Part shown: positions 19,718-27,776 of the stretch, piece by piece | Numbering within the stretch: the first letter of the stretch is position 1 | Layout: the number at the start of each line of letters is the position of its first letter | Assembly (NCBI GenBank): GCA_017462605.1 | Contig: JAFTQV010000057.1 | Span: forward strand, 662-64,661 | Direction: 5' to 3' | Length of the DNA stretch: 64,000 bases | Source: Clostridia bacterium | GTDB taxonomy: Bacteria > Bacillota > Clostridia > Oscillospirales > CAG-272 | The notes under the pieces: generated by a model | What the model was told of the DNA's origin: nothing | Database searches by the model: none | The model's input: only the letters and a program-made list of their open reading frames with translations | Made by a program: the position numbers and the translations under genes

Positions 19718-20731
19718 ATGAAATCGGTTAAGGAGCGCGAATGGTTTTTTTCACAGGAAAAGGAGCCTGTTAAGGTTGCAAATCCAATTCCTGAGTATAA
19801 TATATACAGACTTAAAACAACGGGTCAGACGATATGCGATATAGAGATAGCTTCGGGGCTCGGCAAAGCACCCGTCACCATAGGCGCTACGGCAGATCTT
19901 CATTTCAATTTCTGCAATATGAAGGACAGAGAGGATGAGGAGCTTCAGTATACCGAGCAGTGTAGGCTGTGGCTTCAGTATCAGAAATCCCTGGTGAGCG
20001 CAGTAAAAGCGCTTGAAGCTGCTGATTTTTGCGATGCATCCATTATCTGCGGCGATATTCTTGATTATCTTTCCGAGGGAGCGATCGATCTCACCAAAAG
20101 GCATATTATTAAAAAATATCCCGAGATAATGATGGCACTCGGCGGTCATGATTATACAAAGCAGATGCAGACCAAGCGCCCCGATAAGCTTCCTCTGGAG
20201 CAAAGGCTTGATATGCTCAGGAGCTTCTGGCCTCACGATATACATTATTATTCAAGGCGTATAGGCGATTCGGTCCTCGCCGTGATCATGGACAACAGTC
20301 AGGGAAAATATCTCCCGGGTCAGGCAGAGAAGCTTAAAGCTGATATGGATATAGCGAGAGAAGAGGGAAGGGTAATTCTCATATTTCAGCATGAGCCGAT
20401 AAGCCTCTTTGATCCGAAGATCAATACTGTTCCCGCGGTTGTAGAAAACGGCGGCGCGGCTAAGATAGCTAATTTTGGTACTATGCAAGAGCTTATAGGC
20501 AATAGCGAGTCGGATGAATCCACTTCGCTTGTGCTTGATCTCATAAAATGCGGCGCTGACGTTATTAAAGGTATAGTAGCAGGGCATTGGCACAGCCAGT
20601 TCTTCGGATATATCAAAGCTGGATACAGCGGCGGCAATGGCGATGTGATCCCTTGCGATATTCCGCAGTATATCATATCGGGAAATCCGTATTTTGAGTC
20701 GGGATTTGTCGCAAGAATAACCGTCAAATAA
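19718..20731 (+). CDS. metallophosphoesterase (calcineurin-like)
   Basis: 337 aa. Ordered MPP motifs DLH, GDILD, GGHD, HEP, GHWH. Confidence 0.8.
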   Translation: MKSVKEREWFFSQEKEPVKVANPIPEYNIYRLKTTGQTICDIEIASGLGKAPVTIGATADLHFNFCNMKDREDEELQYTEQCRLWLQYQKSLVSAVKALEAADFCDASIICGDILDYLSEGAIDLTKRHIIKKYPEIMMALGGHDYTKQMQTKRPDKLPLEQRLDMLRSFWPHDIHYYSRRIGDSVLAVIMDNSQGKYLPGQAEKLKADMDIAREEGRVILIFQHEPISLFDPKINTVPAVVENGGAAKIANFGTMQELIGNSESDESTSLVLDLIKCGADVIKGIVAGHWHSQFFGYIKAGYSGGNGDVIPCDIPQYIISGNPYFESGFVARITVK

Positions 20732-20748
20732 ATAGTTAAGGAGATCTT

Positions 20749-21501
20749 ATGGAGCTTGTTTGGCTGACCGCGCTCGGTGTTGGCGGCGCAACGGTTTTTG
20801 GCGCAGTTATAGGCTTTCTCTTCAAAAATATTTCGCATAGATTCAGTGATATCGTTCTTGCATTTTCGGCGGGAATAATGCTTGCGGCAGCGGTGCTTGG
20901 ACTTATTGTTCCTTCTCTTGAATATGGTGGAAAATTCGCTATATTGATAACAATTGTTGGCATTTTTACGGGTGCGATATGCATGAAGCTTGTTGATATA
21001 CTTGTGCCTCACCTTCACAAAATTGCGGATAATGACATCGAAAACCACGAGCATAACAAGAGCTTGGATAAGGTCCTTCTCTTCGTTATCGCAATAGCTA
21101 TACACAATCTTCCCGAGGGTATATCCGCAGGAGTCGGCTTCGGAACGGGGAATGACTCGGAGGCGATTCTTATCGCTCTCGGTATCGCGCTTCAGAATAT
21201 ACCCGAGGGCATGGTGATTATTTCACCGATGCTTGCTACCGGCATGAAGCCTTGGAAGACCTTCGTCATCGCAGCTCTGACGGGTGTGATAGAGGTAGTC
21301 GGAACTCTTATCGGTTATCTTGCCGTCAGCGTTGCATCCTTCATTCTGCCATTCGCATTAAGCTTTGCGGGAGGAACGATGCTATACGTTATCAGCGACG
21401 AGATGATTCCCGAAACGCATTCTCACGGCTCGGAAAGCGGAGCGACCTTCGCTCTTCTTATTGGTTTTTGCGTGATGCTCGTTTTTGATTTTTTACTTTA
21501 A
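20749..21501 (+). CDS. zupT: ZIP family zinc/metal transporter
   Basis: 250 aa, 8 TM, HNLPEGISAG and LQNIPEGM signature pair. Confidence 0.85.
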   Translation: MELVWLTALGVGGATVFGAVIGFLFKNISHRFSDIVLAFSAGIMLAAAVLGLIVPSLEYGGKFAILITIVGIFTGAICMKLVDILVPHLHKIADNDIENHEHNKSLDKVLLFVIAIAIHNLPEGISAGVGFGTGNDSEAILIALGIALQNIPEGMVIISPMLATGMKPWKTFVIAALTGVIEVVGTLIGYLAVSVASFILPFALSFAGGTMLYVISDEMIPETHSHGSESGATFALLIGFCVMLVFDFLL

Positions 21502-21513
21502 TTTGATAACTTG

Positions 21514-21722
21514 GCGGCAGAAATGCATTTATGCGTCTGCGGCGGGGGAAGCATAGGAATTTATAGAGCTTTGCAGACAGCCTTCCTATGTGCAGCCTTG
21601 TACACAACTGTTAAGAACCACCAATTGCATTGGAGGTTCTAAACAGGTGTTTAAGCCTTTTTCTGCCGCTTCGTTTTAAGAGGCTGTTTCAAATGTATTT
21701 GCATTTGCGCAGCCTCTTTTTT
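21514..21722 (+). ncRNA. candidate structured RNA immediately upstream of the reverse transcriptase (RT-associated ncRNA or cis-regulatory leader)
   Basis: 10/10-bp closing helix 21514-21523/21660-21669. Internal hairpins 21552-59/21583-90 and 21614-25/21629-40. Terminator-like hairpin 21678-86/21710-18 plus T6 abutting the RT SD. Boundaries and transcription are not verified. Confidence 0.45.
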
Positions 21723-21731
21723 GGAGGATTT

Positions 21732-22952
21732 ATGAGTATTCTTGATAAAATATCCGATAAAAATTGCTGGTTGGATTTTCTCGAATATAAAAGAAGCTCG
21801 GGGCATTTTTTTGAGTCTGAAGAAAAAGATCTTGCGGAATATATAGATAATGAAGATTATCTTCCCGTGGCTGAGGCTATTGCTTTGGAAAAGCCCTTTC
21901 CCTTACCTTTACTTCGGGAGATTAATAAAAAAGGAACGGATAAGAAGCGCAGGGTATTTGTTTTTCCCAGGAGAGAGAACTACATTTTAAAGCTGATAGC
22001 ATATCTTTTACATAGCTATGATGCGCTCTTTGCTCCGAATCTCTATTCCTTCAGGCGCGGAATAGGAGTAAAGCAAGCTGTGTATCATATTGTATCCCGC
22101 CCGGGCATAGAGTCTGCTTATACGTATAAGGTCGATATCAGCGACTATTTCAATTCGGTGGATACCGAGGCTGTTATAAGCGTACTCGAAGAATCGATTT
22201 GTGACGATAAGCGTCTTGTCAGCTTTATTTCGGGAATACTCAGAGAACCGCGCGCAAGGTTTGAAGGGGGTATAGTTGAGGTCAGAAAGGGAATAATGGC
22301 GGGCGTGCCATTTTCGGGATTTCTCGCGAATTTATTTCTTAAGGATCTCGATGAATATTTTTTTGGGAATAACATTCTTTACGCAAGGTATTCGGATGAT
22401 ATCATAGTCTTTTCAAGAAGTAAGGAGCAAATATCGGAGTGCGAGCGAAAAATAAAAGAAACGCTTGAAGCCAAAATGCTGAAGGTAAACGAAAAGAAAG
22501 AATTTAGGACAAGCCCCGGTGAAAAATGGGAATTTCTCGGCTTTTCGGTAAGCGGAAAGGAAATAGATATCTCCGAGGTCTCCTTTGAGAAGATAAAAGC
22601 AAAGATGCGGAGAAAGGCAAGGTCGCTTCTCAGGTGGAAGGAAAGAAAAGCCGCCTCAGACAAGGGAGCGGTGAAAACCTTTATCAGGCATTTTAACCGC
22701 AAAATGTATGATAATCCGAGCCTGCATGACGTAACGTGGGCGCTATGGTATTTTCCTGTTATCAACACTTCAAAAACGCTGAAGGCGATAGATGAATATG
22801 CTGTCTCGAGCGCGAGATTTATCGCATCGGGCAACCATTCGAAGAAGTCTTATTCACTTCGCTATGATACCCTTAAGGAGTGGGGATATAGAAATCTCGT
22901 CAACTCGTTTTATAAATTCAAAGAAGGGAAGCCTCTCTTCGATGATGAGTGA
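21732..22952 (+). CDS. free-standing reverse transcriptase, group-II-intron-like (RT plus thumb/maturase-like region, no endonuclease domain)
   Basis: Start set to ATG 21732 (MSILDK) behind GGAGGA 21723-28. RT blocks: KKRRVFVFPRRENYILKLIAYLL (RT1/2), SFRRGIGVKQAV, VDISDYFNSVD (RT3), GVPFSGFLANLFLKDLD (RT4), YARYSDDIIVF (RT5, YxDD), LKVNEKKE (RT6), WEFLGFSV (RT7), then a ~130-aa X/thumb-like tail. Confidence 0.9.
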   Translation: MSILDKISDKNCWLDFLEYKRSSGHFFESEEKDLAEYIDNEDYLPVAEAIALEKPFPLPLLREINKKGTDKKRRVFVFPRRENYILKLIAYLLHSYDALFAPNLYSFRRGIGVKQAVYHIVSRPGIESAYTYKVDISDYFNSVDTEAVISVLEESICDDKRLVSFISGILREPRARFEGGIVEVRKGIMAGVPFSGFLANLFLKDLDEYFFGNNILYARYSDDIIVFSRSKEQISECERKIKETLEAKMLKVNEKKEFRTSPGEKWEFLGFSVSGKEIDISEVSFEKIKAKMRRKARSLLRWKERKAASDKGAVKTFIRHFNRKMYDNPSLHDVTWALWYFPVINTSKTLKAIDEYAVSSARFIASGNHSKKSYSLRYDTLKEWGYRNLVNSFYKFKEGKPLFDDE

Positions 22953-23121
22953 ACGACCTTTTTAGTCGTTAAAGCCTTGGATTTTAGTGCAAAATTACAA
23001 TATTTGAGCCTCTTTTTTTGGAAGGTTTACATAATTTTTTGCTTAATGTTATCTTTGTTCAAAATGTAGAAAAAATAACTTGAATTTTGTTAATATCTAA
23101 CAAGAGACAGCATAAATATCA

Positions 23122-23197
23122 AAAATCGCGATTTTGGGATAGTTCGGGTAAATTATATTTACCGATAGGTTAAACAATCCCTGAAAATCGCGATTTT
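23122..23197. promoter_or_regulatory. pair of identical 14-bp perfect palindromes (putative operator pair)
   Basis: AAAATCGCGATTTT at 23122-23135 and again at 23184-23197, 62 bp apart. A GGTAAAT/ATTTACC hairpin lies between them. Confidence 0.4.
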
Positions 23198-23350
23198 TAA
23201 TGATAAAATGTTGAATTTAATTTACTTTCGTCTTTTTTAACAAAAAATAGGAAATCAATTTTTTTGCCTAAAAATTGAAAAACAGAAAAAAACGCGCGCT
23301 TTGGCAAAAGGTAATTGAAAAGGGTACCCTTTTGGCGGCAAATTCCTTTC

Positions 23351-23379
23351 TTGACTTTTCTTTTATATTATGTTATAAT
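23351..23379 (+). promoter_or_regulatory. sigma-A-type promoter of the carbohydrate ABC locus
   Basis: TTGACT 23351-23356, 17-nt spacer, extended -10 TGtTATAAT (TATAAT 23374-23379). Confidence 0.6.
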
Positions 23380-23446
23380 TTTTTTATCAATATGCCCGAA
23401 TTATGTTTACGCGGGTAATAATGAATTATTTGGAGGAAAAGAATTC

Positions 23447-26400
23447 ATGAAGAAGCCATTGTTTCAGAGAGTGATGTGTTTCATTCTTTCTGTTGCAACC
23501 TTGCTTGGTGCGGGTGGATTCACGGTAGCTGCGGGCGATCTTAAGCCTGATACTACCGCGGCAACGCTGGATGAAATGAAAGCCGTTGTCGGAACGACCA
23601 CCTACGCCGAGTACATCGCAGGCTACAAGGATGCTAAGCCCGGCAAGGGTGTTATCCAGCTTAGCAACGATCGAGTCAGCGGTGCCGTTAAGGTAACGGA
23701 GAGTGAGCAATGCAAGGATGCCAACATCACCGAAAGAGAAGACTACGATTTTGAAAATCATCAGAACGCAGTTTATCTTTCCGCTACCAGTAAAGCGACC
23801 TGGACGTTCGACGTTGCGGACGATGAGATCGGTCTTTACTACATCAAGGTCGTGTACTATAACTGCGATACAAGAGACAGCAGTATCAGTACCATTCAGC
23901 GTAAGCTCTACCTTGACGATAAGATCCCCTTCTCCGAGGCGGGAAGCCTTCAGTTCCAGAAGTATTGGGTAACCAATAATGCTGAAACCGTTGTCACCGA
24001 TACAGATGAAGAGGATAAGGTGTTCGATCCGAGATACGAGACGAGAGCTGACGGATACTACAAGGTATACAGCTACGTCAAGGACGGAAAGAAGTACGAG
24101 ACGACCTATAAGATATCTCAGGATATCAACGGCAACTCGATGGCGCCCGAGCTTGTTCAAAGCTCCGCTTGGCATACATATTACTGCCAGGACTCCACGG
24201 GCTATGAGCACGGATACTTCATGTTCCACATACTCAACGGTAATTCTCACACTCTTACTCTCGAGGCAGAGAGAGAGGATATGATAGTTGAGTCTATCGA
24301 GCTTATTCCCGTTGATACCTCCGTTGTTGATATTCCTTCTTATGAGGATGTCAAGGCAGAGTACGAGGCAAACGGATATAAGCCTGCTGAGGGCGGAAAT
24401 ATCTACGTTATCGAGGCAGAGTTCCCCGATGCGGTATCCGATTCTTCGGTATACGCTACCAACGATAATACCTCTGCTGCAAACTTCCCCTCTACCTCTA
24501 AGGCTCAGCTTTACAACGTAATAGGTGAGAATAGCTATAATACGGTAGGTCAGTGGGCGGCATATAAATTCCGCGTTTCCAAGGACGGACTTTACAACAT
24601 TTCGATGAGATATAAGCAGAGCGCCCTTCAGGGTATGTACGTCTGCCGAGCCGTTAAGCTTTCGGGCGGTAAGTACGGTCTTTCGGACGGAACTCCCACA
24701 GCTCCCTTCCAGGAGGCATACAACGCGCGCTTTGATTATAATAAGGAATGGCAGTCAAACTATCTTTCGGACGGAAGCGGAGAAGCTTTCCAGTTCTATT
24801 TTGAAGAGGGCGTTGAATATACGATCTATCTTGAATGCTCGCTCGGATCGCTAAAGGAGCTTATCCAGCGGGTCGAGGTTTCGCTTGACAAGATCAACGA
24901 GTGCTACCTTAAGATACTTCAGCTCACAGGTAACGATCCCGATGAATACCGTGACTATAAGTTCGATGAGATCATGCCCGACGTTCTTTACGAGTTCCTC
25001 GTCCAGGCGGAGAACCTTGAAAATGTCAAGAATGAGTTCGTTGAGCTTTGCGGAACAACAGGATCTCACGTCACTACTCTTCACACGATAGCGCTCCTTC
25101 TCGATAGAATGGGCTCGAATTACGGTGATGACGTTGCGGCTAATATGAGTACTCTTAAGTCCTACCTCGGTACGCTCGGTACGTGGATCAACAATTCCAA
25201 GACGAGCCCCATGGTGGTGGACAGCCTTACTGTTGCTCCTTCGGACAGCGGAAAAGCAGGTCTCAAGAGAGCGACACCCAACTTCTTCGTTTCGATAGGC
25301 TTTGAGATCGCATCCTTCTTCTGGTCATTCTTCACCGAGTACGATCAGATGGGTCTTACAAGAGTTCCCGATGCTGATTCCAAGAAGATTGACGTATGGC
25401 TTGCTACCGGTCGTGACCAGTCTCAGATCTGGCGCGGACTTATAGACGCTAAGGATGGATTTACAGATAGAACGGGCGTTGCGGTAACGCTTAAGCTCGT
25501 CACGGGAGGAACACTTCTTCCCTCAGTCCTTTCGGGTAAAGGTCCCGACGTATATATGGGACTTGGCTCAACGGACGTTATTAACTACGCGATAAGAGAT
25601 GCCGTTTATGCTGTAAGCGGCAATGAAAAGAGCTTCACAGAAGAGCAGAACAAGATTTTTTCTTCCAATTATTATACATATATTGAGGACGGCAAGTACG
25701 TCACCTCAACTGTCGCTCCCGAAAACTATACGGGAAGCGGAACCTACGTAGAAAACAGTAAGACTCTTACATTCGAGGAGGTTCTCGGAGCAGAGGACGA
25801 TCCCAACTACGTAAAGGCTGCGCTTGATACCCTTCAGCTTCAGGGAATGACCTTCGGTATTCCTCAGACGATGTCGTTTGCGATGATGTTCTACAGAATG
25901 GACGTTCTCGCAGAGCTTGGTCAGGAGGTTCCCGAGTCATGGGGCGAGCTTCTTGCGCTCCTTCCCGTTCTCCAGACCAACAATATGTCGATAGGTGTCA
26001 ACTACATTTCCGCGATCGACTTCATGATTTATCAGAAGGGCGGTAATATGTGGAAGTATCCTGACGATCCCGATTATCAGGGCGCAAAGATCGACCTTGA
26101 TTCGGACGTTGCGCTTGAGGCGTTCGACTACGTCTGCAGACTTTACAGCGACTACTCCTTCCCCGTAAGCTACGATGCGGCAAACCGTTTCAGAACCGGT
26201 GAGATGCCTATCATCATAGGCGACTACGCATCTATCTATAACCAGCTCGTCGTTTATGCGACTGAGATCGCAGGTCTTTGGGAGTTTACTTCGCTCCCCG
26301 GCTCGTTCAGAGAGGACGGAAGCTTCAACTACAACTCTCTTGCAGGTATCGGCGCAACCGTAATGCTTAACGGATGCAAGGATATCCTCAGCTCATGGCA

Positions 26401-26785
26401 GTTTATGCAGTGGGAGACCTCGGCAGACATTCAGGCTGCATACGGTAATAAGATGGTTGCCCTTATCGGACCTTCCGCTAAGTACGAATCGGCTAACGTA
26501 AAGGCGCTTCGCGACCTTTCCTGGACTGCAAGCGAGAAGCTTGCTATCGAGGAGCAGATGGAATGCCTTTATTCGATCGTAAACTATCCCGGCTCTTACA
26601 TCATCAACAGATACACCAAGTTTGCATTCCTTGCGGCTGTAAACGACGGTGCGGATGCTGTTGACGCTCTTACAGGTTATATCGACGATATCAATACCGA
26701 GATATACAGAAAGAGGCAGGAGTTCGGTATGAAGGTTCTTGAGCCCGGTGAAGAGCCCGGCGACGTTGCCGGCGGCGACACCTGA
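23447..26785 (+). CDS. extracellular solute-binding protein (family 1 sugar SBP) fused to two N-terminal CBM-like beta-sandwich modules
   Basis: Start moved to ATG 23447 (MKKPLFQ..., signal/anchor) behind GGAGGA; the 23315 start lies inside the promoter. The C-terminal ~480 aa look like a sugar SBP (KIDVWLATGRDQSQIW..., GPDVYMG). Two CBM6/35-like segments in the N-terminal half. Confidence 0.75.
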   Translation: MKKPLFQRVMCFILSVATLLGAGGFTVAAGDLKPDTTAATLDEMKAVVGTTTYAEYIAGYKDAKPGKGVIQLSNDRVSGAVKVTESEQCKDANITEREDYDFENHQNAVYLSATSKATWTFDVADDEIGLYYIKVVYYNCDTRDSSISTIQRKLYLDDKIPFSEAGSLQFQKYWVTNNAETVVTDTDEEDKVFDPRYETRADGYYKVYSYVKDGKKYETTYKISQDINGNSMAPELVQSSAWHTYYCQDSTGYEHGYFMFHILNGNSHTLTLEAEREDMIVESIELIPVDTSVVDIPSYEDVKAEYEANGYKPAEGGNIYVIEAEFPDAVSDSSVYATNDNTSAANFPSTSKAQLYNVIGENSYNTVGQWAAYKFRVSKDGLYNISMRYKQSALQGMYVCRAVKLSGGKYGLSDGTPTAPFQEAYNARFDYNKEWQSNYLSDGSGEAFQFYFEEGVEYTIYLECSLGSLKELIQRVEVSLDKINECYLKILQLTGNDPDEYRDYKFDEIMPDVLYEFLVQAENLENVKNEFVELCGTTGSHVTTLHTIALLLDRMGSNYGDDVAANMSTLKSYLGTLGTWINNSKTSPMVVDSLTVAPSDSGKAGLKRATPNFFVSIGFEIASFFWSFFTEYDQMGLTRVPDADSKKIDVWLATGRDQSQIWRGLIDAKDGFTDRTGVAVTLKLVTGGTLLPSVLSGKGPDVYMGLGSTDVINYAIRDAVYAVSGNEKSFTEEQNKIFSSNYYTYIEDGKYVTSTVAPENYTGSGTYVENSKTLTFEEVLGAEDDPNYVKAALDTLQLQGMTFGIPQTMSFAMMFYRMDVLAELGQEVPESWGELLALLPVLQTNNMSIGVNYISAIDFMIYQKGGNMWKYPDDPDYQGAKIDLDSDVALEAFDYVCRLYSDYSFPVSYDAANRFRTGEMPIIIGDYASIYNQLVVYATEIAGLWEFTSLPGSFREDGSFNYNSLAGIGATVMLNGCKDILSSWQFMQWETSADIQAAYGNKMVALIGPSAKYESANVKALRDLSWTASEKLAIEEQMECLYSIVNYPGSYIINRYTKFAFLAAVNDGADAVDALTGYIDDINTEIYRKRQEFGMKVLEPGEEPGDVAGGDT

Positions 26786-26818
26786 GAATCGTACAATACG
26801 AGATAAGGAGAAATTTAA

Positions 26819-27775
26819 ATGGCACAGAATAACAATGCAGAGATAAGCCGTCCTGTAAAACGTTCTGAAGTGTCGAAGATAAGATGGACCTGGGAGGAAA
26901 TGAAGAACAATAAGACAGCATACTTCATGCTGGCTCCCTTCTTCCTTCTGTTCATCATATTCACGATCTTACCTGTCGTGCTTTCGATGCTGCTCAGCTT
27001 TACGGACTTCAATATGCTTCAGATGCCTCCTCACTGGATGGGAATGTCCAACTTCACCCGTCTTTTCTTAGGAGACGATATATTCCTTCTTGCTTGTCAG
27101 AACACGCTTATATTCGCGGCGGTAACAGGTCCCGTTTCGTACCTGCTTTCGCTTCTTATTGCGTGGTTCATCAACGAGCTTCCCCCCAAGATCCGCGCGG
27201 TAGTAACTCTTATATTCTACGCGCCCTCGATCTCAGGTCAGGTATACCTTATTTGGAAGACCCTCTTCTCGTCCGACTCTTACGGATGGGTTAACGCAAC
27301 GATGATCGACCTTGGCGTCATCTCGGAGCCGATCCTTTGGTTTGAAAACGCAGACTACGTTATGCCTCTTTGTATAGTAGTTGCGCTCTGGACCTCGCTC
27401 GGTACCGCATTCCTTTCGTTCATTGCGGGCTTCCAGACGATCGACCGCTCGATGTACGAGGCAGCCGCGGTTGACGGAATCAAGAACCGCTGGCAGGAGC
27501 TTTGGTATATCACGCTTCCCACGATGCGTCCTCAGCTTATGTTCGGTGCGGTCCTCGCAATTACAAACTCGTTCGGCTTCGGAGCCGTTGTTGACGCGCT
27601 TTGCGGATTCCCCTCGGTTGATTACGCAGCGCACACGATAATGCACCATCTTAACGACTACGGCGGACAGCGTTATGAAATAGGTTATGCATCTGCGATA
27701 GCGGTATTGCTCTTCATCATAATGTTCTCGTCTAACGTCATCATCAAGAAGGCGCTTTCAAAGGTAGGTGAGTAG
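26819..27775 (+). CDS. carbohydrate ABC transporter permease (MalF/LplB-like)
   Basis: 318 aa, 6 TM, EAA-type loop (YEAAAVDGIKNRWQELWYITLP). Confidence 0.9.
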   Translation: MAQNNNAEISRPVKRSEVSKIRWTWEEMKNNKTAYFMLAPFFLLFIIFTILPVVLSMLLSFTDFNMLQMPPHWMGMSNFTRLFLGDDIFLLACQNTLIFAAVTGPVSYLLSLLIAWFINELPPKIRAVVTLIFYAPSISGQVYLIWKTLFSSDSYGWVNATMIDLGVISEPILWFENADYVMPLCIVVALWTSLGTAFLSFIAGFQTIDRSMYEAAAVDGIKNRWQELWYITLPTMRPQLMFGAVLAITNSFGFGAVVDALCGFPSVDYAAHTIMHHLNDYGGQRYEIGYASAIAVLLFIIMFSSNVIIKKALSKVGE

Positions 27776-27776
27776 T

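Noticed and set aside
21524-21659. DRT2-style stop-free template (a never-ending ORF after rolling-circle reverse transcription) within the P1-enclosed RNA
   Set aside because: Checked by eye, every frame has at least one stop. Sense TAG 21554, TAG 21564, TAA 21612, 21640 and 21652 cover all three frames. Antisense stops lie at 21529, 21561, 21586, 21611, 21639 and 21651, although one antisense frame has only the single stop at 21611-13. A shorter template cannot be excluded, so this rejects only the simple whole-segment version.
21630-21731. The upstream extension of the RT ORF (track start 21630, MEVLNRCLSLF...)
   Set aside because: The extension runs through the terminator-like hairpin and U-run and has no SD. 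ATG 21732 has a GGAGGA 4 nt upstream, and the protein from there begins sensibly.
23184-23197. Catabolite-responsive element (cre) reading of TGAAAATCGCGATTTT
   Set aside because: The central CG of the cre consensus TGWAANCGNTNWCA is out of register by one base. The site is a 14-bp CGCG-centred palindrome present twice, so it is more likely a dedicated regulator site.
21502-23314. A mobile group II intron, a DGR or a canonical retron as the explanation for the RT
   Set aside because: There is no 5' GUGYG, no room for domains I-III, and no domain V downstream. RT4 lacks the DGR SQ motif, and I noticed no template/variable repeat pair or Avd gene. RT7 reads FLGF rather than the retron VTG, and no effector gene is adjacent.
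23315-23446. N-terminal 44 codons of track ORF 23315..26785
   Set aside because: They overlap the TTGACT/TATAAT promoter and have no SD. ATG 23447 has GGAGGA upstream and starts a normal signal sequence.
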